NCBI GenBank assembly: GCA_001179505.1 | Contig: CDMY01000508.1 | Location: 26,091 to 90,090, forward strand | Source of the DNA: Vitrella brassicaformis CCMP3155 | Taxonomy: Eukaryota > Protista > Chromerida | Length of the DNA: 64,000 nucleotides | Direction of reading: 5' to 3' | Part shown: positions 1 through 12,638 of the stretch, in pieces | Position numbering within the stretch: the stretch's first letter is position 1 | Layout of the letters: each line of letters begins with the position of its first letter | Translations under genes and position numbers: made by a program | Notes under the pieces: generated by a model | What the model was told of the DNA's origin: nothing | Seen by the model: the letters and a program-made list of their open reading frames with translations, nothing else | The model's database searches: none

Positions 1-398
1 CGGTTGTCTGGCACTTGACCACTAAGACACGCCCGACACATTCCGCCCACGCCAGCCCTTTTTTTCTCGGCTGTGTCCTGTGTTACATTCATTCACATAC
101 TCAGCAATGCGCTGGACGTTTTCTTCTATACGTGTTGAGGGCGGTGGCGTTCTTTCTGCACGTAATTTTTCGCCGTAGCGGCCAGCCTCGGTGTGAGGCA
201 ACCAGACATGTTTGTCAGACGTGTATGTGATTGAGTGACTTAGGGACGCTATGTGCTTGAAAGCTCGTTTCGTGTATCACATCACGTGCATGTCTTTAAG
301 AGGCATAGGTCTTTGCACAGCTACTTCAACACAGTAATCATGCCCACACGTATCCTCTGCCAATCACATCCCTCTCGAGATCCAATCGCCGCAACACC

Positions 399-607
399 GT
401 GTATATATATGACCAATGTCTGTGCGCATACACGTGCACATGCACGTGTGAACTTGGAGTGCGTGTATATGATGAACGTCTGTGTGCGCACACCTGCGCA
501 TGCTCGTGTGGACTTGGTGTGTGTGTATGTGACGAATGTCTCTGTGCGCACACCTGCGCATGCACGTGTCGACTTGGAGTGTGTATATGTGACCAATGTC
601 TGTGTGC
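399..607. repeat. 60-bp minisatellite array, about 3.5 units, orientation B (TGTGCGCACACCTGCGCATGCACGTGTCGACTTGGAGTGTGTGTATATGACGAATGTCTC)
   Basis: Exact 60-bp periodicity is visible between sequence lines 481 and 541. Confidence 0.95.
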
Positions 608-669
608 TGTATAATGAGTTAAAAGAGGGTACTGGGCCCTGCATGGGGATATGTTACTTCGCAATTCGT

Positions 670-3600
670 GTGTCCGGTATCTTTATCCGTGCCCAGGCAT
701 GCCTTCTTGAGCGGGCAAGAAATCACGACAGGCATACCTGTTTGCCCGGCAGCATACCTGCAAAAAGCGATACTAATTTCACGGATTCTATGCTTCTACT
801 CAAGGCGCTCCTTACGTTGTCGTTTCCGTGTTGTGGGTATCTCTAAGCAGGTAGTACCCATTCATTGTGTGCACCATAGAGTGATTCACTATTGGTTCGT
901 TGCAGTCGATGCCCTCAGCGCAATTCTCGCATTTGAGCTTGTTTCTGTGCCTGCGAAAGAGACACACGCAGACAACGGTTTAAGTGTTGCTTGCCAACCT
1001 GTCGACCTACTTGATGAAGCCCTTCAAGCAGTAACATGCATTTTCTCCTATGCTGCCTTCGGTCGAGTTGAGGTCCGCTCCACACTCTTTGCAAGTTGCC
1101 TTTCCTTTCTCCATGACACCATACTGGCCTGCAACACAACATATATAACGCGTCGTCTTGCGTCTCTTCCGCGTGCTTTCGCTTTTATTGCATCCGTGAG
1201 CAAATGCATCAACTGCCTACCTGCGGGGCACGACCGACACGTTTGGTTGAATAATTCAGAGCCAAGCTCACAGTCGAGCTGACACACCCCGGAGCTGTTC
1301 CGAAAATGGCCATCTTTACAGTAACACAAATCAGCACGAACCCCAGACGCTGAAGGGCCAGAACGAAAGAGAAATATATATGCCTGTTTCTTTCATTAGC
1401 TCACTCACTCTCTCCGTATGGACAGTCGTGGCACTTGGAGGTGTCGACATCGTTGTAGTTGTACCGCAGGTCGATGGAGCGGGCGAGCTTGCTCAGTGGC
1501 TCATTGCTCGTGTCGACCACTGTGATGTTGTTGGACGCAAGAGTGAGAATGCCGGTCGATGAGAGGGTTTCGAAGCTGTTTTTTGAAGTGACGGAACCCT
1601 TGTAAAGGAACCAACAGACAGACAAAAAAAGAAAGACGCAACAGCAGTAAAACGCTGTAAGTGTCATACCACGCAACGGTTGGTGACCCATTCTTTCACT
1701 TCTTGTATGTCAAAGTGATGGAGCAGATCGCATGTCAGCTTCCCATATAGCTGACACCCGGTGCAGTCAAGGTGCGTCAGACTGCGCACACAGGACAAGA
1801 GACACAGTCGGCTGATGCATTGCGTCTCTCATTGACCATGGAAGTGCTCGAAATCCTTGTAAAAACTCGGTGACGTCGATTTCCAGCGGATTGAATGAGA
1901 TATCGATTTTACGCAGCTGCGGCCAATCGGGAGGGGGCAGCACATTTAAGAGCTCGTAGGCCACAGAGGGCGTCGCTGAAAGCACGAAGCACGGAGAGTC
2001 AAACAAGCATTCGCACAAATAAATGTCCTGTCCTGCGCACATGCATACATATATGTGGATTATCGGCGCGGTATCCCCTGGCTGTCTCGAACCACTCCGG
2101 CCACGTGAATGAATTGAATCTGTTGAGGCCCAGATGAAGCTCCTCAACGGCAGGTAGCTGATACCAGGTTTCCGGTATGGTATCAAGGCCGTTGCTGTGA
2201 ACACTGATATACTCCACGCTAGAAAAAAGCAACAGTCAGGAAAACTTTGATACGTCTCAGACACAAGTGCTATTCCATACGGTGACCCTCTTGCTTACGT
2301 CTTGGGAAGTGATCCATTGCCAGTAAAGTTCTCGATACGATTGTAGCTCAGGTCTAGCGTTCTGAGTGACACGAGGGGCTGCAGAGATGGCAACGTGCCG
2401 GCCAGGCTGTTGTTGCTCAGGGAGAGTTTCGTTAGCTTCGTCCAATTTTCCAGCGAGGCCGGGAGGCCTGTGAGACTGCACAAAACAAGAGTGAGAGCAT
2501 ATGAGCAGTGTTGTGCCCGTTGGTTGACAAGAAGAGACTATTACCTATTGTCGTCAGCGATGAACTCTTTTAGTTCCGTGCATTCCCTCAGCCCCTCAGC
2601 CACCTGGCCGTGAAACTGCACACACACAACAGTAGAGCCGCAAGAGCCCCCTTGACTCAATCTCGTACCATGTTATGGCTGAGATACACTATTTTCAGCT
2701 TTCTCAGCGATCCAAGGGCTTCCAGAGTCCCCGACAAATTGTTCTCATCCAAATGTAGCTCCTTTAATTCCTGCAAGTTGGCCCACTGCTTCGGGATGGT
2801 GCCGGTGAGATTGTTGCTTCTCAGGTTCAGGTGTTCCAGCTTCGTCAGGGAGCCCCACTCAGGAGGAAGGCTGCCGGAGAAGCCTTCGTTTTTCCCCCTT
2901 TGGCCGTGGAGATCAATTAGACATATCTTTGCCGCCTTGCTGAGAGATGCAGATAGAGACGCTGACAGCTGCAATCAGAACGGCAAACCGCTTTCTGTTC
3001 TCCGCCTTTGTGTCTCTTCGCTGACTATTCGTGTGTTGTGACTTATCTCGTTTTCCTGCAACTCCAGCTCCTCGAGATGCAGCCAGGTCGACCCAAAGCC
3101 ATCAGGCAGACTGCCATTTAGGCGATTATTCTGCAGCCTCAGATGTCTCAGGCGTGTCAGATTCTTGACAAACGCCGGGATGGAGCCAGAGATATCGTTC
3201 CGCTGCAGATCAAGGGTCTCGAGACCTGTCAGTGCTCCGAGAGACTTAGGTATAGCACCACTCAAGCCAACATCCTTGAGCACAAGGGACGTCAAATTGC
3301 AGCTAAGCGTGGTAGGAACGGTCGCAAGATGCACGCCGGGCCGCTCGAGGGTCAGATACTTCAGTTGCGCCATGTTGACGAGCTGTCCTTCCGTAAAAGA
3401 TCCCTCGAAAGCTGTGTCGATGATGGAGAGCAACTCGAGGGAGAGAAGGTTCAACCCAGGCAGTTGACCTGAAAATCCAGGGCCATTCTTCGATGAGCCT
3501 GCGATGTCGAGAGCTCTAAGGAACGTCAGGTTGCTAGTCGAAGTTGGGAGGCCTCCATTCAGTTGTGTCTGAGATAGACACATTAAGCCCATCTCTCGTT

Positions 3601-4268
3601 GCTGCCTGTGCCTTTCCTGCCCTTGTTCTCACCCTCCGCAGACACAACAGCCGCAGCATTGTTAGATTGCCTATACCTTCCGTCAGTTGGGCCTCAAAAG
3701 GCACACTCGTAATGCACAAGCCCAGAATGGCCGAAAGCTCATAGGCTTCGGTGGGGAAAGGCACATTCTTTCTCAGGGACGCCCGCCATTTTGTCACCTG
3801 CCCGCCCTCATGGTTGCCCCACAGCAGCAAGAGATACCCTTCAGCTCCGTCCGACAGGCGGATACAGACGATGAATGACACCGAGCAGAAGTCGGTTGCG
3901 AATATTGTCGCCTCAGTCTCATTCATCAGGCCGATCTTCACTGTCAGCCTGCTCAGTGCATCAGCGTCGGCAGTGCACGGCACATACTCAGAGCTTGACA
4001 GCTCGTCCACTTTGTCCAGCGGCAGGATGAGTGATTGGGGAGATGACTTGCCCATGGGGGTGACGGTGGGCTGGGAGACCACTGAGGCGGACAGCAGATA
4101 CCACTTGGTGCAGTCTGTCCACTTGCAGCTGCCATCGTAGCTCTCGTTGGCCTGCGGAGCCCGTCCAGGCAGCACACGCGGGGCCCGATGAAGTAAGTCC
4201 TGCGCAAGAGAAATCTGAATGGAGAAAAGAGCCACCCAAAGCTCCAAGGACACGAACCCATGCCGCAT
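670..4268 (-). CDS. Multi-exon signal peptide + LRR + Cys-rich (GCC2/GCC3-like) receptor; 3' part missing at the satellite array
   Basis: Signal-like MRHGFVSLELWVALFSIQISLA at 4268. Plant-type LRRs (LETLDLQRNDISGSIP, LEHLNLRSNNLTGTIP, LRTLDLSYNRIE). Cys-rich exons (CYCKDGHFRNSSGVCQLDCELGS; ISCPLKKACLG read by eye at 670-770) match the 37.3-41.7 kb paralog. No continuation was recognised left of 607. Confidence 0.8.
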
Positions 4269-4659
4269 CTTTCGCAAACAAGCAAGCGCTTCCTGACCGC
4301 GCGGCCCCCACTCGAGACTGCGAGCTTAGCACGCGAGCGTGGAAGCGACGGCACCTGTCTGTGCGGGAGAGCTGCCATCTATCCCAGATGGAGTCAGCTC
4401 AAGCTCCACAAACGAACTCATCGCACGTCTCATCGCCTCCGCACATGCAGGTATGTGAGAGCGCTCATGCATCATTCAGACGCAAGATCGTAAGACTGCG
4501 ACCGTCAGGTGAGGGAGATGCGAATGGCTGGCGAACGGTCAGTCCGGCCAGCGTCGCCAGAGGCTTTAGACTCATGGCGCACGCAATTGAACTCCTTGCG
4601 CACACAACATCCTGTCGAATCTAGGCGACGTTCCTCTTTCTATCAACACGTTCACCTGG

Positions 4660-5530
4660 TGATGCCCCGCTCGTCAAGGATGACAGGACGACAGAGGCTG
4701 TCAGAAAGACTATTGAGAAGGCCATCCAGTCATCAGATGTGGAGGGATTGCAGGAGGCAATAGGCAGTCTATCACTTGAACAAGCGGAGATAATCTTGAA
4801 AAGCGGAAGATGGGGACCCAATTCAAGCGAGTCTGCCATTCATTTGGCTGCAGGTACGCGTAGTCCAACACATGATGAAAAATCATACGAACATGAGAGC
4901 TTCTTTGTTGTCAGCGGTTTCTTCAGATGCGAACATTTTTGATATGCTGCTGCAAGATCGACGACACTTCCTTTTCCTGAAAGATCCATTTGATGTACTT
5001 AATCAATATCTTTTGGTCAGTACCTTTATGCTTTGCTTCCTTTCTCCCAGAATGACAAGACATCTCTTCACATCCTTGCGAGACGAAATCAACCTCATCT
5101 TTTGAAGAAACTTGTTGGCTCGGGTGAACTAGACCTGCTGAAAGTCAAGGTTACTCGATAATCAGAACCCTGCAGCTCGTAAAAGAGATGCCGCTTGCCT
5201 TTTCTTCTATTTTAGGATGCTTCCGGTTTTACTCTATTGCATGTCGCAGCAGGTAAAGCATATGTAGGTTGCAAAGGGCCGTTCCATCCATCTAGCGTCC
5301 TCTTGTGTTATGTCTCAGAGTGCGGCCAGGCAAATGTGGTGAGGACAATACTCAAGATGGACCCTGAGATATGGCGCGAAAAAAACAAAGTAAATCAACA
5401 TACAGCCCTTTGTTTCACGAAAGTGCTATTCGCTATGTGGAACTCAACAGAAACGCAGGACTGTATATCATACAGCGGCCTATGAGGGCCAAGCTGAAGT
5501 GCTGGAGGCTCTCTTCGATGCGGCTGGGCT
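4660..5530 (+). pseudogene. Degenerate ankyrin-repeat gene fragment
   Basis: Ankyrin-like motifs in several frames: SESAIHLAA, ECGQANVVRTILKMDP...NQHTAL, RRTVYHTAAYEGQAEVLEALFDAAG. Exon structure unresolved. Confidence 0.5.
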
Positions 5531-5542
5531 TGAGGGTTTTTT

Positions 5543-5830
5543 ATGCAATTTGTTCGTCATTGGGTAGATCGTGGCTCACTCGCTGCCCTTCGCAATGTGG
5601 CCTATGCTCTCTTGCAATCCTTTACTTTGCGTCGCTTCAATGACTTGCAGCACATTCGTCGCTGTAATCTCAAGGATAAGGGCGTAGGCCATGGTTTTAT
5701 TCCATTCGTTCAGAGGCAGAAGAATGACCCATTTGGTAAGGGTCTGTCAGTGCCGATTCCGGAGGGCAACTCTCTCCGCCTTTCTCTCTTACGTCTCTTA
5801 CGTGCGTTTCTGCGTGTCGCCCCGGGTGGA
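5543..5830 (+). mobile_element. Tyrosine recombinase N-terminal catalytic fragment (DIRS/Ngaro/Crypton-like)
   Basis: LRNVAYALLQSFTLRRFNDLQHI...VQRQKNDPFGKGLSVPIP...LLRAFLRV resembles YR box I Arg and the KxD...G.G..V.I Lys region. HxxR and the catalytic Tyr are not present. Confidence 0.55.
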
Positions 5831-6593
5831 TGTGGCGACGAAGGAAGAGACGGACGAGCAGACAAGACAGACGAACCCAAGCCAAGAGGTTGACCCAGTG
5901 CGGCAGCTAACCTGTCCGTACTGGAGATGGTCGGCACGGCAATGGGCAGCTTAGAAGGCACGCAGATGTCATGTTTGTCGATCTGCATGTCGTCAACTGA
6001 CCGGCGGCGGGCAACGAAGGGTGGGTGGACGGAAGAGATGAGCGGCCTTGGAGATAAGAGAAAAATGACGGGCCGCCTGCTTGCTTCAGACTCGGAATGA
6101 ATGGCAAGCAGGCAAGATGGCAAGAATGGCAGGGATGGGACCGACAAGAAATACATTAAAAGCAAGACATGAGTCCGACAGACGAATGAACAACAAAGAG
6201 AACGACAGAAGGCTGACCGACAGGCCGCACCCCACCCACATTTGCCTGTCGATGGTGGGTGGATGGGAGGGACGAAAGGAAGCGACAAGAGGACTGCACT
6301 CGCTTGCGACCCATCTGAGGAGAGCCGCAAGCAAGCAGACGAAACAGGACAAGACGGACAAGACAGCCAGCAGGCAGATTGTCGAAGACGCCTCACATAC
6401 ACCAACACCCCGCCCCAACACGCAATCCCCACACCAGTTGGACGACTTGCCTGCTGACGACGCAGGCAAGGTTAGAGGCAGGACACCGTCCGCTTGCGAT
6501 AAACCTGGGAAGACAGCGCGAGCCGACAGAGACGACAAGAAAAATGGAACGACACACACATGCACCCACACGCCCACACACATCGCCACGCAT

Positions 6594-7744
6594 TCACGAA
6601 AAATGCGCCAGGCCGACAGCCTCTCCCTCACTTGCCTGCTGACGACGCAGAAGGAGGGGGAGGCGGGGACTGGGACGACGGGCGAGGCCTGAACGGACAC
6701 AGGTCATAGCGATGAACGCAGTCAGCACGCCCAGCCCTCTCGCAGATGAAGCACTTGAGCTTCCAGGGGTCGGGGCAGCGACCGGCGCGGTGGCCGTGAG
6801 GGTATGCGCGACCATAGCCGTAGCGTCAGTTGTCACAGAAGTCAGGGTCTCTGTCGCGACGCGCGTGCTGCTGCTGAGGACAAACAGGCGTGGCGCCGGC
6901 AGTGGGGGCGGGGGTGGAGGAGAGAGTGGGCGGACGAAGACGAGGCCGTGTGCGGCCTCTTGTGAGGCAATGACGAATCACTGAGGTAAGAAAAACAACA
7001 CGAGCCACAAACACATGCACTCGCTGATGGTCGGGTCAAGGCGGATGACGTTGAGCATCGCTCGCAACGTCTCAGAGTACACAGCTGGGTAGACATCCCA
7101 CTGCATTGAAAACGAGCATATACACCAGTGAGACACACAGTACGTCCTTCTGTATTGTAAGTGAACGTTATCAAGTACCGAGACGTACGAAGGGTCTCCA
7201 TTCTTGCTTCCCTTAGGCGGGCGCCACTCCTTTGGCACCGTCTTCTCCCAGACGTTGTTGCGTGCAGACGTCTCCGCAAAGGCCACCTCTGCAACCATGT
7301 CTTGAATCAGGGTGCCAAGCGAGGTGGCCCCGTCTATCACGTGAGGTTGGGGAAAATCGTCAGCCTCCTTGCGCGAGTCCCTGAAACACCGCGGCTTGAG
7401 CTTTGGCGAGTTCGTTCAGGGTGCTCTGCTTTCTCGTGTGGCAGCCGCCAATGTGGAGATCAGAGAGCACGCGGAGACGGTACTTCTTGGGAGGCGCACT
7501 TGCCGATCGGTTGGATACATGCGACGGGCTGGGGACTCCGTGGGCGTGAAGAAATGATAATTCTGAAGCGGATGCCAATCTCTCATCGATGTTGGAGCCT
7601 GAATGCACAGGAACATGCGATGTCATGTTGCGCTGTCTTCAGTGCAGCGGTTCATGGCACTCAGACGTTCCCAGCTGCAGCAGGCCTAAGAGCAGGCCAC
7701 CCAAGGGCGATGGCGAAGAGAATGGAAATGGACCGATTAGTCAT
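6594..7744 (-). CDS. Hypothetical secreted, possibly GPI-anchored protein (multi-exon)
   Basis: Signal-like MTNRSISILFAIALGWPALRPAAAG from 7744, coding-looking exons at 6978-7626, then a Pro/Ser/Thr-rich stalk and hydrophobic GLGVLTAFIAMTCV tail. Confidence 0.45.
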
Positions 7745-7886
7745 CGGCTCTTCTTTGACGTGTGAAGCGTCGCTCGAGGAAAGGGGCTTCGAGGTCCGGC
7801 CCCCAAGCGAGCATCATGAGCTGTCATGCATATCTCAGACTGCAGCGATGTAATGATGCATACCTGCGGCATAATGTCCGATCCAT

Positions 7887-7967
7887 CATGCGCAGGGGTG
7901 CGGACACAGACATTCATCATATACACACCCTCCAAGTCAACACGTGCATGCGCAGGTGTGCGCACAC
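7887..7967. repeat. Solo (~1.3 unit) copy of the 60-bp minisatellite, orientation A
   Basis: CATGCGCAGGGGTGCGGACACAGACATTCATCATATACACACCCTCCAAGTCAACACGTGCATGCGCAGGTGTGCGCACAC. Confidence 0.9.
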
Positions 7968-8677
7968 GCCCCTTGACCTTGCCATTGGTCGCCTTTGTAG
8001 GATCCCCCTCGACAGGATGGAAAAACACGAATGCAGTGTTATTGCTGCAATGCTTGGTGGACCGGAAGGATGGGGCATAGCCGTCTTGCCGCTTGAGGCC
8101 CTGCGTGTCCAGATGTGGCCCACTCCACATGGTATTCTGACGCAACCATGGATCCTTCGTCAAGTGCTGCCTGCAATGAAGGACGGCATTGCAGCATTCT
8201 TGAGACATCGATCCACATCGCCTGTCTTGCGCAGCCTCGATTGGTGTTCTCGCTTTCGCAGCTTGTGCCTTGCACAGGAGGGTGACCTCGCAGAGTAAGA
8301 GATTATACGAGGAATCATTCGAGGTAGGACCAAGAGAGCTGTCGTGCTTCGTGATTCTCCAGGGAACTTTCAGGCCAAGCAGACTGGATGGAGGTGAAAG
8401 GCAGATTCATTCCGTCTGCCTGTATACTACAGTGTTGAATTTCTTCAGGCATTCTCAGCAAGTTTTTGCACCGAAATGGGAGAGAAGGAGTTCCGAGACT
8501 CGATCAGAGGCCATGAGGAAGAGCTCTTTGAGCGGCTCGAATCTGCTGAAGCACTTCAAGTGGTTACCAAACGTAGAGCGCACAAGACGTTTTTCCTGCT
8601 TGTCAGTCCGCTCCGATCTCCTTCAGCTAATTGCATCTCTCTGGTCGAACACCACTGGGCGAAACAGTACTTTGCCG

Positions 8678-9106
8678 ATGGGGCTGCTGGCGTTGAGCAA
8701 CATGTTCACGGCCAAGGACAACCTGCCGGGCCTGATGATTGGCGGCATCGTCATCGTCGTCCTCATAGCCCTGGCCATCGTTGGATTCGCCGTCTGGTAC
8801 TACCGCTTCGGCGGCCGCAAGTGGCTCACAGTCGAGGCCAGCGAGATCCGGCACAAGCAGAACAAGTTCGTCAAGTCGCTCACCGCCGAGCTGCAGAAGA
8901 CCGAGCACAACGAGTTTGAGGACGACTGGAAGGCCAAGGGCGTCGACGCCCTGTCGCCGTTCGCAACGCTGCCCAGTGAGGACGCCAAGTCGCCCCTCAA
9001 GGTGGAGGTGCACGAGGCCACCGACAACGGGGTCGAGGAGACCACCGAGACGGCCTCGGGACGCACTCACTCAGAGAGACCCAATGCCGGACATGTCGAC
9101 GTCTAG
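8678..9106 (+). CDS. Small single-pass membrane protein, 142 aa
   Basis: Strong GC3 codon bias, TM segment LMIGGIVIVVLIALAIVGFAVWYY followed by a basic stop-transfer region and an acidic tail. Confidence 0.7.
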   Translation: MGLLALSNMFTAKDNLPGLMIGGIVIVVLIALAIVGFAVWYYRFGGRKWLTVEASEIRHKQNKFVKSLTAELQKTEHNEFEDDWKAKGVDALSPFATLPSEDAKSPLKVEVHEATDNGVEETTETASGRTHSERPNAGHVDV

Positions 9107-9660
9107 ACACAACACACACATATGAAGGAGGGAGGGAGGGAGGAAGGCATGTCGGGAGTGCCGGTGCGGTGTGGCGGTTGTCGATGTCGTCTGTGTTTGA
9201 CGTGACGTTTGCCTTTATAGTCAGCTGCCCTCCGATATGTGAGTGTGTGAGGTTCTTTGGCATTCATTCATTCACAGGGGCACTGGGATCGGATCGGATC
9301 GTCTGTGGAATTCATAGTAGGTAGCGCTGGCTGACTGACTGACTGACTGTCCGGAAGTGCGTGGCCTGGCCCTCTTTTTTCCCTACCTCTCCCACACACA
9401 CATACATACAGACAGACATACATACACACATACATACGCGTGGCTTTCTGCTCACATCCAGGAGTTGCTCGACGCATCGATCGACTGCTCTCCTGCTGCC
9501 CCCGCGAGCTGCAGCAGTGGCATCGTCTCGTCTGCTGTCATGTCTCTTGGAGCTCCTCGATGCGATGCTGCTAGCCGCCAGTACACACATGCCTCCATCG
9601 CCGCTTCAGCAGGCCTGTCCTGCAGTTTCTCGCCCCCACATCACACACACCCCCCCCCCC

Positions 9661-9960
9661 NNNNNNNNNNNNNNNNNNNNNNNNNNNNNNNNNNNNNNNN
9701 NNNNNNNNNNNNNNNNNNNNNNNNNNNNNNNNNNNNNNNNNNNNNNNNNNNNNNNNNNNNNNNNNNNNNNNNNNNNNNNNNNNNNNNNNNNNNNNNNNNN
9801 NNNNNNNNNNNNNNNNNNNNNNNNNNNNNNNNNNNNNNNNNNNNNNNNNNNNNNNNNNNNNNNNNNNNNNNNNNNNNNNNNNNNNNNNNNNNNNNNNNNN
9901 NNNNNNNNNNNNNNNNNNNNNNNNNNNNNNNNNNNNNNNNNNNNNNNNNNNNNNNNNNNN
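9661..9960. other. Assembly gap; further gaps at 35742-35907, 53504-53803, 56249-56548, 58174-58473, 59441-59740
   Basis: Runs of N, mostly 300 nt placeholders. Confidence 1.
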
Positions 9961-10365
9961 CCCCCCCCTACACACACCCCCGCGGACGGGTCAGATGCCC
10001 ATCTCCATGTCTATCGCGTCCAGCTGTCTGTCTGTTTGCCTTCATTCACGTGCACTCTGGCGGCCAGACATGACACGAGTCATCTGGCGCGCTATTTTTC
10101 GCCGTGTGTGTCAACACCCACCCGCAAAGCCACTCACCATCTCGTATCGTACGTGCCATCTCTTCTCTTTGTCCACGATCATTCTCGCTGGCGTCGGGTC
10201 GGGTATGGTGTCTCTCTCTGGGATGTGTGTCAATGGGTTGAGGATAAATACTACACGGTGCGGTGTGGGTTTTAAGTGAGGCGGACTAACTGATTGCATT
10301 GACTGACAGATTGATTGCATTGGGTTGTGTCGATAATTATAGTGAGGGCCAGCTATGAGATATCG

Positions 10366-10732
10366 ACTGACTGACTGACTGACGGTATGGGCGTCCCTCT
10401 CTCGGTCTGTCTGTCTGTCTGGACAGTCACCGTGTGTGTAGTCGTGTGTATGTGCTGACAGGTCTGCTTTATCAAAGGGTGTGAGCGGGGGGGTACACTG
10501 ACTGACTGACTGACTGACTGAGCGGCCAGTGGATCAGACTGACAGTGTAGTGCTTGCTATGCTATCTAGGAATGGACTACCCAGGACGAGAGCTCAATGC
10601 AATGGATCATTGATTGCGGGATTGACTGTTGGTTCAATGGGGCCATCCATCCATCCATCCATCCATCCATCCATCGCGGCCCGGGATGGGAGAGAGAGAT
10701 CAGTCAATCAATCTGACTGACTGACTGACTGC
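10366..10732. repeat. Tetranucleotide microsatellite cluster (ACTG)n, (CTGT)n, (CCAT)n
   Basis: Directly visible short tandem runs in intergenic DNA. Confidence 0.85.
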
Positions 10733-12253
10733 ATGGCATGTATGGGATGGACGAGTGCGTACAGGACATGTGTGTGCGTGTCTGGTGTGGCTTGGCTGGC
10801 TCCCCTCTCGCTGCGATACGATGCGAGAGGTTTCCGTGTACGCTATGGCATGGCGCTCATGTAACCTTTCTGTTCTATGATGTGGTGGTGTGTGGTTGTG
10901 AATGATCTGATCCCACCAATGCATTGGTGGTCTATCTCCGCTGCTGTCAGTCGGCCAAACGACGGATGTATGCATGCGGAGTTTAATAGTAGGGCAACGG
11001 GCTCTAGGCTTGACATACATACATCCCTGGGTGTCAGAGGGAGAGGGGGTGTCTTCATTGGTGCATTTGCGCGTTGGGCATGCAAGAGGGGGAGGGACAT
11101 CGATCGTACAATCGATGGATGAGACAGACAGACAGACAGACGGCCACCAAGCCAGCCATCGCGATGCGTGCTTGCGCTTTGTTTTCTAGTCCTTCCTTTC
11201 CTGCACACTGGTGGGTGGGTGAATGGCGGCCCTCGACTCGAGCACATACATACTCATGTACCTGGCCTGACCTGGCCGCCCCGCATCAAGGCGGACCCCT
11301 AGGTGGTTTTGGGCGGTAACGTGCGTCCCTATGGTTGTGTGTGCAGCACGACCGGGCTGCCCAGCGCTGCACACACAAAGGATCAGCCCCGAACTCGTCG
11401 AACCCGTCGAGATTCGCGTCGATTAGGGTCAAGGGTTTTCAAAACCCGACACCCAAGAACCCTGCAAGCATGATTTTGATACCAAAACGACCGGGATAGC
11501 GTCCTGAACAACATGCGGCTCACCGTTTGTCAGCACGAGGCCAAGATCTCGAGATCTGACCGTCATTAGAGGAGCTAATGGAACTCATTGCGCCTCAACC
11601 ACGACTGATGAGCCCTCGCTGAGACAGCCATATTGACCGGGATGACGCACTCGTTCATCCATCTATAGCTACCGAGCCCTCCCTCCCTCTCTCTCCCTCT
11701 GCAGCACCATCCCGACTGTCTGACGATCACTTCACCCCCTCTTGTACAGCAACCAAGGCTCGCCCAACCGCCACAATCCGTCAGTCATCTCTCTCTCTCT
11801 CTGTGTCTGTCTGTCTATGTGTATCTCGTATGTAGGTATCGGAAAAGTGGCACATTGGGGGTAGCAGACTGCATCGATGAGAGACATGTCGTCTGTTCAT
11901 TGGAAGTCTTCATGGATCTGAATGCGCACACTGTTGTCAGCTCAAGTGGCACAGATTCCGGCAAGTTCCCAAGACTGATTCACTGACTCCAGTCAATAAG
12001 CCTGTCTGTTGATGACTCGACGTTGAATATTCCCGGCAAAAATGTCTTCACTCGATATCGTGCAACAGGAAAGAAATTCTCAACGAGACACACATTACGC
12101 ATGAATCAGTGGATCCGTGTCTCTGTCTCTGTGTCGCGAATGACGTTCCTTCGGTAACTGCAGACAGTGATGATCATTGGGCCTGCATCGACCTCAAAAT
12201 TCAAGCCCACCTCTGCCCGCGAGACTGTTGAGTAGCTTAGATATGTCAGTCGT

Positions 12254-12638
12254 TGCGCAGGTGCGCGCACACAGACATTCATCACATACACGCACTCCAA
12301 GTTCACACGTGCATGCGCAGGCGCAGGCGCAGGTGTCGGTAGGTGTGCGCACAGAGACATTCGTCATATACACGCACTCCAAGTCGACACGTGCATGCGC
12401 AGGCGCATGCGCAGGTGTCGGTAGATGTGCGCACAGAGACATTCATCATATGCACGCACTCCAAGGCCACACGTGCATGCGCAGATGTGCGCAAAAAGAC
12501 ATTCATCATATACACGCACTCCAAGTCCACACCTGCATGCGCAGAGGTGCGCACACAGACGTTAATCATATACAAACACTCCAAGTCCACACCTGCATGC
12601 GCACGTGCATGCGCAGGGGTCTGCACAGAGACATTCAT
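12254..12638. repeat. 60-bp minisatellite array, orientation A
   Basis: About 6 units, some with GCGCAG insertions. Confidence 0.95.

Noticed and set aside
5900-6700. ORFs 5710-6432, 6081-6692 and 6086-6700 as genes
   Set aside because: Low-complexity overlapping ORFs on both strands with no motif or codon bias.
7968-8298. Possible transposase or other coding fragment after the solo satellite unit
   Set aside because: ORFs exist on both strands but I could not recognise a motif.
9357-10275. Long ORFs spanning N-runs (also at 35.2-36.4, 52.8-54.2 and 55.7-60.1 kb)
   Set aside because: Their length is an artefact of translating through gaps.
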